Assembly: GCA_964342815.1 (NCBI GenBank)
Contig: CAYFHS010000029.1
Span: 1 to 49,325, forward strand
Source of the DNA: an uncultured archaeon
GTDB lineage: Archaea > Thermoplasmatota > Penumbrarchaeia > JASLWR01
Direction: 5' to 3'
Length of the DNA stretch: 49,325 bases
Numbering within the stretch: the first letter of the stretch is position 1; the number at the start of each line of letters is the position of its first letter. Both the position numbers and the translations under genes were made by a program. The notes below the pieces were generated by a model. It saw only the letters and a list, made by a program, of their open reading frames with translations, was not told where the DNA came from and made no database searches. Shown here one piece after another: positions 28,656-38,289 of this stretch.

Positions 28656-29351
28656 ATGGTTTCCCTTGAGGAAGCAGTTGTTGCCAGATTGGATCGGCAT
28701 GGAGAGCGGTTCGAGATTCTGATAGAACCATCCGACGCCCAGAAGTTCAAGGAAGGAGCCGACATAGACATCCTTGCATCTCTCGCAGCAGAGGAGATTT
28801 TCAAGAGCTCCTCGAGAGGGGACCGAGCTTCCGAAGAAAGCATTCATAAGGTATTTGGGACTACGGATGTCGCATTGGTTGCCAGTGAAATCCTGACCAA
28901 GGGTAATATTCAGCTGACACAATCGCAGAGAATGAAAATGCGCCAGAAGAAAAAGGACAAGATAGTGGATATAATTGTAAGGAACGCCATAAACCCGCAG
29001 ACGCAAACCCCACATCCGCGTCAGAGAATCGAACTGGCAATTGAAGAGGCGAAGATCAGTATAGATCCTTTCAAATCAGCGGACAGTCAAGTCAACGACG
29101 TTTTGGGTAAATTGAGAATCCTTATGCCTATAAAATTCGATACGCTGGTTATGGCTGTAAGACTATCCGCACCGGATTACGGCCGCTGTTTCAGCGAGAT
29201 AAAGGACATGGGAAAACTAACTCGGGAGGAATGGCAAAAGGATGGCAGCTGGATCGGTATTGTGCAAATCCCGGCTGGTCTGAAATTGGAATTTTTCGAT
29301 AGACTCAATTCGAAGACCCATGGTGAAGCAGCTGTGAAGATACTCGATTGA
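28656..29351 (+). CDS. Ribosome maturation factor SBDS/Sdo1
   Basis: ARL..HGERFEILI, GNIQLT, INPQTQTPHP.QRIE.A, FFDRLNSKTHG. Follows psmA as in the archaeal proteasome/exosome superoperon. Confidence 0.95.
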   Translation: MVSLEEAVVARLDRHGERFEILIEPSDAQKFKEGADIDILASLAAEEIFKSSSRGDRASEESIHKVFGTTDVALVASEILTKGNIQLTQSQRMKMRQKKKDKIVDIIVRNAINPQTQTPHPRQRIELAIEEAKISIDPFKSADSQVNDVLGKLRILMPIKFDTLVMAVRLSAPDYGRCFSEIKDMGKLTREEWQKDGSWIGIVQIPAGLKLEFFDRLNSKTHGEAAVKILD

Positions 29352-29369
29352 GCTTGAGTAGCCGGAAAC

Positions 29370-29564
29370 TCATCCCCCGAAATGCTTCTTTCGTTTCCTG
29401 AGTGGAAGCAAACGTATGAGATTAATCGAAGGATCAAAGGAATTGATACCTAGAGTGTCCCACGTCATAAGGATGATCGAAAGATATGCCCACAGGAGAG
29501 GCCTCACTGAAAGGGTAAAAGCCCATCTTAACGGATTCCATTGAATCCTTAGGGGACCATCCAT
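29370..29564 (-). CDS. Possible small membrane protein
   Basis: ATG directly abuts the DUF3786 stop. One hydrophobic stretch and a basic C-terminus. No family recognised. Confidence 0.3.
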   Translation of the reverse strand: MDGPLRIQWNPLRWAFTLSVRPLLWAYLSIILMTWDTLGINSFDPSINLIRLLPLRKRKKHFGG

Positions 29565-30188
29565 TTAGTTTTTCGGAATATGATCGGCATTCCGTATGAA
29601 TTGCGACGCTAATATTGAGCCAATGGCGGCCAAATCCTCAGTGGGTAGATGGTAACCGGCAGTGGAATCGAAAAGTATGTTCACGCTGGGAGGGATCTCG
29701 TCATCGCCCTCCCATAGAACAATGGTCACAGATAGTCTGGGAAATATTTGGATTCTAATGGCTGTATCACCCATTTTGACAACCGATCCCTTCATGAATT
29801 CTCCTGCCATTAAAAATTCCCGTGAGGATTGTCCGAATCGGTCTAAAATTGGGGTGAGGGTTCTCGCGCGGAACGCACTGTAATAAAAATTCCCACCCTC
29901 GAGATCCCTGAAAGATATCATTTTCCCTGCTGGATCGATATCTTTAGCATTCACCAGATAATGCAGGATAACTGCTTCAAAGAAGGGATTTGTTGGCTTT
30001 CCTTCAATGGTGATAACTCGTTCATCCTGTAATATTATAACATATTCATTATTCATAAAACAAAGCTGCAATCCCGCATATGTCAACATCGCTTTGCTTC
30101 TTTGGGCGATGTCACTCTCATCCCTTTTTTTTAACCTGGACCATGCCAGCTCGATGGACGGTCGCAGGTTTCCCGCATCATCTCTCAT
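29565..30188 (-). CDS. DUF3786-family protein
   Basis: VILHYL, MISFRDLEGGNFY, FPRLSVTIVLWEGDDEIPPSVNILFD, EDLAAIG. Confidence 0.8.
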   Translation of the reverse strand: MRDDAGNLRPSIELAWSRLKKRDESDIAQRSKAMLTYAGLQLCFMNNEYVIILQDERVITIEGKPTNPFFEAVILHYLVNAKDIDPAGKMISFRDLEGGNFYYSAFRARTLTPILDRFGQSSREFLMAGEFMKGSVVKMGDTAIRIQIFPRLSVTIVLWEGDDEIPPSVNILFDSTAGYHLPTEDLAAIGSILASQFIRNADHIPKN

Positions 30189-30350
30189 TTAAGTCATCCA
30201 CTTTTTTTAGTTGTTTCCCCCGAGTGAGAGTAGTGTTAATATTATTTGCCATACCGGTATCATTAAAGACCTCGTTTGACTGCTATTCGCATTCACGGGT
30301 CCAGACAATAAATTATTTAAGCTACCATTCTGTTAAAATAAGTCGATCCC

Positions 30351-31214
30351 ATGTCGAATTATGATGAAAACGAAGAAAAACCTCCTGAAGACGTCGATAT
30401 TAATGAGTTGGGATCAAAGGATCCGGACGATATGGCCGAGAATGTAATTAAAGGGCTCGATTTCTACAATCAGGGTCGATTCCGTGAAGCCTACGAATGT
30501 TTCGAACTGGCACTTGTTGAGAGCCCGGACAATCCGAATATCCTTTTAAACCTTGCCATGTGCATGCTGCAGGGAAACCTGCACAGCACCCATTCCGAAT
30601 TGATGGATATGTTCGACAGGATCATCGCCATCGATGAGAAATGCAAAGAGGCCTGGGCCAATAAAGGTTCATATCTGGCGGCATGCGGCAATCTTATTGA
30701 TGCATTGGTCTGCCTGAACAGAGCCGCTGTGCTCAGCGACGAAGCGCAGGTACTGGAAAACAGAGGAAATGTATATTTAGAGCTCGGTAATTACGAAATG
30801 GCACTTCATGACTTCAATAGAGCGCTTGAGGAGAACTCAACTAAACCGGATCTGATTTATAAGAAGGGAGTTTCGCTGCTGGAGCTTAGACGTTTCGAAG
30901 AAGCACTGGAATGTTTCGATACGGTGCTGGCGTCAGGATACAAGATCAATGAGACACGATTGAGCAAAGCTGAGGTCCTCCTCGACCTTGGAAAAATGTC
31001 CGAGACCATCTCGGTCTGTGATGAAATCCTTGAAGCAGATTCCGAAAATATAAGGGCAATAGGTCTGAGGGGAATCTCACATCATTTTATGGGTGATGAT
31101 GATAAGGCTAGAATTGATTTAAAACGAGTAAAAAAGATCGCCAAGGAGAAGGGTATGGAAAAAACCCAGCTCATAAGAATACTCGAACAGACAATGAGTC
31201 AGATCGATTCATGA
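30351..31214 (+). CDS. TPR-repeat protein
   Basis: Repeated TPR consensus (AWANKGSYL, LENRGNVYLELGNYEMALHDFNRAL, YKKGVSLLELRRFEEALECFD). Confidence 0.9.
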   Translation: MSNYDENEEKPPEDVDINELGSKDPDDMAENVIKGLDFYNQGRFREAYECFELALVESPDNPNILLNLAMCMLQGNLHSTHSELMDMFDRIIAIDEKCKEAWANKGSYLAACGNLIDALVCLNRAAVLSDEAQVLENRGNVYLELGNYEMALHDFNRALEENSTKPDLIYKKGVSLLELRRFEEALECFDTVLASGYKINETRLSKAEVLLDLGKMSETISVCDEILEADSENIRAIGLRGISHHFMGDDDKARIDLKRVKKIAKEKGMEKTQLIRILEQTMSQIDS

Positions 31215-31267
31215 ATTTCAACGTAACAAAATTGACAATAATTAAGAGCTGAAAGGAAAGTGGATAT

Positions 31268-32551
31268 TTGAGAAATTGCAAACGTAGAAAAAAAGTAAAT
31301 GATCGGGCCGTGGATAAATATTTATTAGTTTTCTACATAATCCTTCTGATCATGATGGTGATGACGCTCTATTTCTATTACCGATTCATCGTGGACAATG
31401 ATAAGGATCAAGGACTTTTGGAGGTCCCGGCATCAGCGGAATACAGCATTAGGAGAACCGAGACCATCACGGTCAGCCGCACTCCTGTGAGTTATAAATT
31501 CAAACTCTACGAGCCCCCCCTCATACCTGATGAGAGCTCATCCTCTCCGGGTTCGATCCAGAATATGATTGGGCTTGAGCTTAATCCCATGCCGAAAAGA
31601 AGTTCGGGGGAAAGCACCGAAATTATCTGGGAGAAGGATAATTTTCTCGGAACGGATACAATCAGCATCGTATACACAGTGAAGGCACAGACCGTTAAAT
31701 GGGATCTCGATAGCTCGAAGTGCGGAAATATCGAAGACATCAGCAACGAAAATCTAAAAAAACAATATTTAGGTGACCAGTGGGCCGAAGACGCCAACGG
31801 GGACGGTGAACCTGAGGACGGAGATCACAACGGCATTCCGGATTCATACAAGATAGAACCCAGCAATTCACAAATTGCCAAAAAAGCGCAGGAGATCGCA
31901 GGGGACGGGAAGAATGTTTATGATACTGTCTCCAAAATATACCGTTTCATCACACGGGATGGTGGATTCACCTACTCATTGGGAAGAGAGGGAAGCCCTT
32001 CAAAGGCGCTGAGCACTCTGAACTCGCGTGAAGGGGATTGCGACGACCAGTCGATACTGTTCATATCCATGTTAAGATCACTGGGTATTCCCGCCTGGCT
32101 TGAGATAGGTCTTCTGTACGATCAGCCCAAGGACATGTGGTTCGGCCATGCATGGACGAACATTTACATTCCTCTGTCCGGAGGAGGTTATGAGGTGGTG
32201 GCGGTGGACGTGGTAAATGAACAGTTCCTGTTCAGAACATGCAACCATTTGACTGACTGGACCGATGATGGTACCAGAGGCCATTACGACAATAAGGGAA
32301 ATTGGAATAAGTGCAATCTTGCCGATTACTACTATTTCTTTTCATACCACTACGCCTCTCAACGTAAACCGAAAGTACAGCACATGGAGGAGTTTATTAC
32401 CTTGGGCTACACGTCGGAGGGAAGCGTTCTCTATGATGCGGAGACGGGGGAGAGCCGCTCGGTGGACGAAATACCTTTTCTGGAACTGCCGGCAATAATT
32501 ATTTTGGTTACTTGCGTCATGGCTATTTCCTACGGAAAACAAAAAAAATGA
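31268..32551 (+). CDS. Membrane-anchored transglutaminase-like (cysteine protease fold) protein
   Basis: N-terminal TM. GDCDDQSILFISMLRSLGIPA (Cys), GHAW (His), VDVVN (Asp). C-terminal IPFLELPAIIILVTCVMAISYGKQKK anchor-like tail. Start uncertain. Confidence 0.85.
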   Translation: MRNCKRRKKVNDRAVDKYLLVFYIILLIMMVMTLYFYYRFIVDNDKDQGLLEVPASAEYSIRRTETITVSRTPVSYKFKLYEPPLIPDESSSSPGSIQNMIGLELNPMPKRSSGESTEIIWEKDNFLGTDTISIVYTVKAQTVKWDLDSSKCGNIEDISNENLKKQYLGDQWAEDANGDGEPEDGDHNGIPDSYKIEPSNSQIAKKAQEIAGDGKNVYDTVSKIYRFITRDGGFTYSLGREGSPSKALSTLNSREGDCDDQSILFISMLRSLGIPAWLEIGLLYDQPKDMWFGHAWTNIYIPLSGGGYEVVAVDVVNEQFLFRTCNHLTDWTDDGTRGHYDNKGNWNKCNLADYYYFFSYHYASQRKPKVQHMEEFITLGYTSEGSVLYDAETGESRSVDEIPFLELPAIIILVTCVMAISYGKQKK

Positions 32552-32563
32552 ACGTGGTTTGTC

Positions 32564-32935
32564 ATGTCCGGCATCGAAAAAAATACAAACTGGAGAATGG
32601 TTCCTTTTCTGTTGCTTATAATAATGGTCTTTTCTACCGGTTGCACGGATAAGGATGGCAAGATCGAGATCGATAAGGGAGGGGATTATTCGGTGGTGAT
32701 CCCCGCCGAAAAAGGCGATGTACTATATATCAAGTGGGAGACCGATGGTAATATACAATGGCAGTTGAGTGATGACAACGGCACAATAATCCCAGGAAAT
32801 CCCCAGGATATCGTGGGATTCAACAATATTGGTGAGGAGAATATCAAGATCCAGCAGAACGCCACCTTCACCCTGACCTTCGATAATTTGGATGATAGAG
32901 CTATCGATATCGAACTGGAATGGGAGATCAGATAA
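32564..32935 (+). CDS. Small lipoprotein, beta-sandwich (possibly GOLD/p24-like)
   Basis: Hydrophobic signal ending in lipobox STG-C, followed by all-beta pattern GDVLYIKWE...FTLTFDN. Confidence 0.6.
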   Translation: MSGIEKNTNWRMVPFLLLIIMVFSTGCTDKDGKIEIDKGGDYSVVIPAEKGDVLYIKWETDGNIQWQLSDDNGTIIPGNPQDIVGFNNIGEENIKIQQNATFTLTFDNLDDRAIDIELEWEIR

Positions 32936-32949
32936 GTCGAGGGAATCAG

Positions 32950-34347
32950 GTGAGCGGACAACAACAGGATTCCTCAGTGCGCCTGGGCAGGGAGTCACCC
33001 GGCAAACTTCTTATGAAACTTTCTCTGCCCGCCATGATTGCCATGTTCGTCCAGTCCACCTACAACGTGGTGGATACCATCTTCGTGGGAAGGATCGGCG
33101 GTGGGGGTGTGGAGGGAGTGAAGGCCATTACCGCCCTTGCTGCAGTATTCCCTATACAGCTCATATTGATAGCGGTTAGCGTGGGTACCGGTATAGGCGT
33201 CTCATCGTTGATATCGAGGTTATTGGGAAAGGGAGAAAAGGGAAAGGCCAGCATTGTTGTGAACAACGCCGTGATGATCAGCATCCTTTTCTCTGCTGTG
33301 ACCGCGCTTATGGGTTATTTCCTGGCTTCTCAGATAGTGGGCCTGTTCATCGAGGACGAGAATATTATCCTCATGGGATCTGAATATTTGAGGATAATAA
33401 TGATATTTTCCGGTTCTCTTTTCTTTTTCATACTGGGCGAGAGGATACTCCAGGCCCAGGGAAATACTTTCGTACCTATGCTGGTGCTGGCCTCCACTGC
33501 CGTACTAAATATAATACTTGATCCCATTTTCATTTACGGTTTCTGGTTCATACCGGCCCTGGAAGTGAAGGGGGCCGCCGTAGCCACGGTGATATCGAGA
33601 ACGGTGGGTGCGGTGGTGATGCTGGCCATCCTCCTTTCCGGAAAGAACGAATTATCAATAAAGATACGGGAATTCCGTCCAAACTGGCCCCTGATAGGAA
33701 GGATCTATGCCGTTGGAGGGCCCACAATGATAATACAATTGCTGGGAAGCATCACTCTGGGGGCCGTAAACGTGATACTGGGTGCAATATCCGGTTATGC
33801 AGTTGCGGTTCTGGGTCTCTTCTTCAAGGTTCAATCGTTCGTAATGATGCCCGTATTCGGTCTGGTACAGGGATTCATACCAATGGTGGGTTACAACTAC
33901 GGGGCCGGGAATCGGACGAGGGTGAAAAAAATACTAAAAATATCGCTAGCTTGGAGTTTCGCTCTCTCTTTTATAGGATTTCTCGTCTTCCAGCTGATCC
34001 CTGGCAAACTGATATCTGTGTTCAATTCGGATGAGACCCTTATTAGTGTGGGTACAACTGCATTTCGATGGATCGCTCTTTTGTATTTTCTTACCGGGCC
34101 TGTTGTGATCATGGCCTCGTTCTTCCAGGCTATCGGAAAGGGTGGCCGCAGCCTATTCCTGCTGGTTGTGCAGCGTGTGGTGGTACTGCTGCCCGCGGTA
34201 TATCTGTTCAGTATCATTTCCGAGGATATCATCCTGATCTGGAGAGCTTATCCCATATCCACCGCGTGGGGATTCTTTCTGGGGCTTGTGTTGATAGTGG
34301 CCGAGTTAAGGAAGATGGGGAGCAACAGTCGAGTATCAAACGCATGA
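32950..34347 (+). CDS. MATE family efflux transporter
   Basis: LMKLSLPAMIAMFVQSTYNVVDTIFVGRI, ILQAQGNT..PM, LNIILDPIFI, GAAVATVIS, VGYNYGA. About 12 TMs. GTG start chosen to avoid overlap. Confidence 0.93.
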   Translation: MSGQQQDSSVRLGRESPGKLLMKLSLPAMIAMFVQSTYNVVDTIFVGRIGGGGVEGVKAITALAAVFPIQLILIAVSVGTGIGVSSLISRLLGKGEKGKASIVVNNAVMISILFSAVTALMGYFLASQIVGLFIEDENIILMGSEYLRIIMIFSGSLFFFILGERILQAQGNTFVPMLVLASTAVLNIILDPIFIYGFWFIPALEVKGAAVATVISRTVGAVVMLAILLSGKNELSIKIREFRPNWPLIGRIYAVGGPTMIIQLLGSITLGAVNVILGAISGYAVAVLGLFFKVQSFVMMPVFGLVQGFIPMVGYNYGAGNRTRVKKILKISLAWSFALSFIGFLVFQLIPGKLISVFNSDETLISVGTTAFRWIALLYFLTGPVVIMASFFQAIGKGGRSLFLLVVQRVVVLLPAVYLFSIISEDIILIWRAYPISTAWGFFLGLVLIVAELRKMGSNSRVSNA

Positions 34348-34388
34348 TCGTCTTTTACGATCCCGGTCATGTAATTTAGAGGACACCT

Positions 34389-35555
34389 TCAAACCGGTAT
34401 CTCTTTCTTCCGGAAATAATGCAGGGAAGCTACGTAAGCAATGATACCCACCACCAACGGAATTATAATATTTATCAACGTAAATTTTTCATCCAACAAT
34501 AGCTCAGCCGCGTCCCAGTAAGTGAACATTGAAAACCATTTCAGGAATTCCACCTTCGTTGATATACTTGATACGATCTGGAAAACATATTGCACGAAGA
34601 CGGCTCCCATTATCATGCCCAATCCGCGTTTATACTCGTTGATGAATACCGAGGCAAAACAGCCGATAGCAATGAAAGCAAGCCCGAACGGTATTCCACC
34701 TATAAATGCAAATGTAAAACCGGCCCATGGGATAGATCTTCCAATGACCAGAGTTCCTATCACCAAACCAAGAAAAGCAGCGATAGAAATTATTACGAAC
34801 TTCGCTAGGATCACGTATGTCTTCTCAACCAGGAAACGATCCCTCGTGTATCCCGTGGCCATTAGCACATCTATGGACCGCTCCTCAACATTTTTCGTTA
34901 TGGAAGAAAGACCCATTATGCTGAAATATATCGCCATAACGAGAGGCCATAGTGAAAAGAATTCCATAACGAGAAAACCCCTCAGCTCGTACATGTTTAC
35001 AATATCGCCGCCCATCATTCCCTCAATAAAGGCATTATCCTCCATATAATCGTCGAAAGCGCCGGTTTGGGTTAGATTTTCGGTGGTGACGATCTCGGAT
35101 ATTGTAGCGTTGGTCAGATTCCAATCCTCAGTGAGATAGACTACCAGAAAAGCTCTATAATTTTTGTTAATGTTAACATAATCCCTGGAGCCATTGTAAA
35201 GTATCGAAATCCCATACTCATCCAGTGTGGAATTGATATCAAGCTCACCCATATCTTCTGGAAACTCGCCCGTAATATAGGCCAGGTATAAAGAACCATA
35301 GGAACTATCACTCTCTGCCCCGGTGGCTATATGATTCGGATATTCGTGTTTGATATCCCAGGAGAGATTATATTTATTATCTTCCATTTCCTCCAGTTTG
35401 ATTCCACTTCCCTCAAAAAATGGATTCGAAAGACCACGCTCAAAGGATGGGAAGATGGTTACTATCAACAAACCGTACCCGATCATAATGATGCTGAATA
35501 TCAGAATACCGCGCCTAGACTCCTTCAGCATCGTTACGAATAACTGTTTCTTCAT
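34389..35555 (-). CDS. ABC-2 type exporter permease (paralog of 17965-19128)
   Basis: EERSIDVLMATGYTRDRFLVEK, LKWFSMFTYWD. Multi-TM. Downstream of an ABC ATPase. Confidence 0.88.
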   Translation of the reverse strand: MKKQLFVTMLKESRRGILIFSIIMIGYGLLIVTIFPSFERGLSNPFFEGSGIKLEEMEDNKYNLSWDIKHEYPNHIATGAESDSSYGSLYLAYITGEFPEDMGELDINSTLDEYGISILYNGSRDYVNINKNYRAFLVVYLTEDWNLTNATISEIVTTENLTQTGAFDDYMEDNAFIEGMMGGDIVNMYELRGFLVMEFFSLWPLVMAIYFSIMGLSSITKNVEERSIDVLMATGYTRDRFLVEKTYVILAKFVIISIAAFLGLVIGTLVIGRSIPWAGFTFAFIGGIPFGLAFIAIGCFASVFINEYKRGLGMIMGAVFVQYVFQIVSSISTKVEFLKWFSMFTYWDAAELLLDEKFTLINIIIPLVVGIIAYVASLHYFRKKEIPV

Positions 35556-36496
35556 TCCTTCACCTCCGATTCATTATTATCCCTGTGAACCTCTTCCATC
35601 CCATAATACTTAAGGAAAACATGTTCCAGCGAAGTGTCTTCGAATGTCAGCTCATTAACAGTATGTTTGGCGAGCTCCTTGATGATGCCGTCAACGTTGG
35701 AAAAAACCGTCAGTACCAATCTGTTGCCTGCCAATTTAACGTCGGAAACTCCTTTCTTTCTCCTAAATATCTCCGGGTCGGGGGGATCCCGAAAATCGAT
35801 GATCATGATACGTCCGGTCTTCTTCTTGAACTCGCCCATGGTTTCCACCGCCACCAGCTCGCCCTCTCTTATTACCCCCACCCGGTCGCATATGGCGTCC
35901 ACCTCCGAGAGTATGTGGGATGACAGAAAGATGGTGTTTCCCTTCGTCTTTTCCTCGAGTAACAATTTATAGAATTCCTGCTGCATCAACGGATCGAGCC
36001 CCGTTGACGGTTCGTCCATTATCATCAGTTTTGGAGAATGCATGAATGCGGAGACCAAGCCCACTTTCTGCCGATTCCCCCTGGAAAAATCCTTTATGCG
36101 CTTGCTGAGATCAAGATTGAACCTTGAGGACAATTCCTCTATGCGGTTCTTCCCGGTATGGTCCATCATGCCCAGGAGAAAATATAGATATTCACTGGCA
36201 GTCATTCTCGAACTCATTGTGAAATCCGACGGCAGATATCCAACCTTCCTTCTGACATCGGCCCCCTTAAGCTGGGGATCCATTCCCAGCACTTCGATCT
36301 TCCCGGCTGTGGGTCTTATATAGTCCAAAATCGTACGTATGGTGGTGGTCTTACCAGCCCCGTTTGGCCCAAGAAATCCAAAAATCTCTCCGGATGAAAT
36401 CCTTAATGAGACGTTTTCGACACCGCGTGCTTTGCCGTAATATTTTTTTAGACCTGCAACTTCGATAACGGGTTTTTTGTCGGTCCCCTCACTCAT
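35552..36496 (-). CDS. ABC exporter ATP-binding subunit (paralog of 19129-20106)
   Basis: GPNGAGKTT, FSRGNRQK, IMDEPSTGLD, LSSHIL. Confidence 0.95.
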   Translation of the reverse strand: MSEGTDKKPVIEVAGLKKYYGKARGVENVSLRISSGEIFGFLGPNGAGKTTTIRTILDYIRPTAGKIEVLGMDPQLKGADVRRKVGYLPSDFTMSSRMTASEYLYFLLGMMDHTGKNRIEELSSRFNLDLSKRIKDFSRGNRQKVGLVSAFMHSPKLMIMDEPSTGLDPLMQQEFYKLLLEEKTKGNTIFLSSHILSEVDAICDRVGVIREGELVAVETMGEFKKKTGRIMIIDFRDPPDPEIFRRKKGVSDVKLAGNRLVLTVFSNVDGIIKELAKHTVNELTFEDTSLEHVFLKYYGMEEVHRDNNESEVKE

Positions 36497-36505
36497 ATTC
36501 GCACC

Positions 36506-37159
36506 TCATTTCATTTCCTTTACCTTTGAAAAAATACCGCTAAGTCTTTCCAACTCAAGTATCGCGAGAAACCGGGTGTGTTCTTTGGCCAAAAGGGCAA
36601 TGTTCTCCGCCATGTACTGCTCGCGTGCTTCCTCCATTTTCCTGTAACCCTTGACCTTGTTTATTTGAGCGTCCCATTCCAGCACGAATGAACGGGCATC
36701 GGGACTGTTGAATTTTCTTTTTCTCAGCCGTTTTACCCGGAACGAATGGCGGATGAGATGAAAGGTGGAAACCGTCTTTGTGAATAGATCGGCATACTTT
36801 TCATCGTTCATGTCCAGTGGAGCAAGTATTTTATCGTGTTTTCGGGCCAGCCTGTAGGCAGTCACCAGAGAAGGTGGGGGAATCTGGATCTCGCCGTATT
36901 TTGCAAGATTCACACCGTAGATCTCCTCGTAATGCGAAAGACCCATTTCAGTTATTTCTCCGCCTACCGTAGCTTCGAGACCCGAGATCTCGTCAGGAGA
37001 TATATGCAGGCCGATCACTTCCGGTTTGGCGATCGCGAAGGCTTTTTTCACGTTTTCTTCTTCGCTCTTCAATCCCTTTATAGTACCAAGAAGATACACC
37101 TTAGCGGTTCCCATTGTCAATTTGTGAAAATCCCCCGGGACCTCTCCCTTCTTGCTCAT
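36506..37159 (-). CDS. Conserved hypothetical protein, possibly TraB/PrgY-like fold
   Basis: VYLLGTIKG..E...V, REQYMAENI, FLAILELER pattern loosely resembles TraB. Overlaps the upstream regulator stop. Confidence 0.5.
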   Translation of the reverse strand: MSKKGEVPGDFHKLTMGTAKVYLLGTIKGLKSEEENVKKAFAIAKPEVIGLHISPDEISGLEATVGGEITEMGLSHYEEIYGVNLAKYGEIQIPPPSLVTAYRLARKHDKILAPLDMNDEKYADLFTKTVSTFHLIRHSFRVKRLRKRKFNSPDARSFVLEWDAQINKVKGYRKMEEAREQYMAENIALLAKEHTRFLAILELERLSGIFSKVKEMK

Positions 37160-38112
37160 CTTCTTCCCACCTTAGCTCTTCTTTCCATAACCAGATCGAG
37201 TATGTCCTCGGAGCATGCAATATCCTCCAACTCACATTTCGTAATAATCGGAGTTCCCTCAATGTTCTTCTTGGTGGTATTGTCACTGAGAAAGAAGACC
37301 GACTGCCGCTCTACGATGGATCCGATATGTGCCATAACCCTTGCTTTCTTCCTTATCATCACTCCCGGTTTCTGGAAACCGGTCAGCAGCAGAACGTTAT
37401 TCCGGTGAGTGAATGCATCGAAGGGACAGCGGAAGAGAGGAATCACTTCGTAACCGAGAAGGTGAAGTTTCGATTTTAACGAATGATTAACATTATCGAG
37501 CGTTTCCAGTTTTTCACGTTGTTTCAGCAGTTTCTCGTTGAGAACGAAAGGATTCAAAGAAGCGATCAAGGGTACTCCGAGGGTTTCTTCCATAACCAGG
37601 CCGACCTCAAGGGTTGCGCTCATACCCTGTTCGTACATCTGTACCGCTTTTCTTGAGACGCCCACGGCCTTTGCCATGTCGCCCAGGGACATTCCTCGCT
37701 CTCTTCGGACTTCTTTGAGTATCTCATTATCCAGGTCCACATAGAATCCCCCTGGAGCAGCGAAAACCGATGGAAAAACGCCTTCGATGAATATGTCATA
37801 CAGAGTTTGGGCGGTGATGATGGAAATGAGATGTCGAAGATAGATTATTCCATCCTCCAGTGGACCGCTGGAGGCCCGATAGCCCACCATCACGGGGCTC
37901 GCGCCCAGAAACGATGCAAGCAATTTCAGCTGGCGGGCATTCTCCTTGGTGAACGAATCGATATTGGCCAGCACCTTGAAGATCAAGAGTGTATTGTCCC
38001 TGCGGCAGATGATATCAAAACTTATGGACCTTAAGTTATCGGGGTCGGATATGTAGAAACCGGACCTCCCGAGTATATCGCAGATGTCCGTTATCATTTG
38101 AGCTCTCTTCAT
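37156..38112 (-). CDS. Archaeal XRE-type HTH transcriptional regulator (COG1395-like)
   Basis: SFDIICRRD..LLIFKVL.NID nuclease-like N-domain, APGGFYV.LD, RRERGMSLGDMA..VGVSRKAVQMYEQG HTH. Start moved to MKRAQ at 38112. Confidence 0.85.
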   Translation of the reverse strand: MKRAQMITDICDILGRSGFYISDPDNLRSISFDIICRRDNTLLIFKVLANIDSFTKENARQLKLLASFLGASPVMVGYRASSGPLEDGIIYLRHLISIITAQTLYDIFIEGVFPSVFAAPGGFYVDLDNEILKEVRRERGMSLGDMAKAVGVSRKAVQMYEQGMSATLEVGLVMEETLGVPLIASLNPFVLNEKLLKQREKLETLDNVNHSLKSKLHLLGYEVIPLFRCPFDAFTHRNNVLLLTGFQKPGVMIRKKARVMAHIGSIVERQSVFFLSDNTTKKNIEGTPIITKCELEDIACSEDILDLVMERRAKVGRR

Positions 38113-38289
38113 GGAACCGACACCGTTTGATACCAGAAAAAATCGGGTTTTTAGATTCTTCAACTATTGAATTCAATTAAAAATGTTATCGCCAGTTATT
38201 GATTTTCAGAAGATATATGTTTATTCTTCTATATGTAGTTTATCATTCTGGCAATGGCCGGAAGGTCGAAAAGTACAAACTATTTTGGT

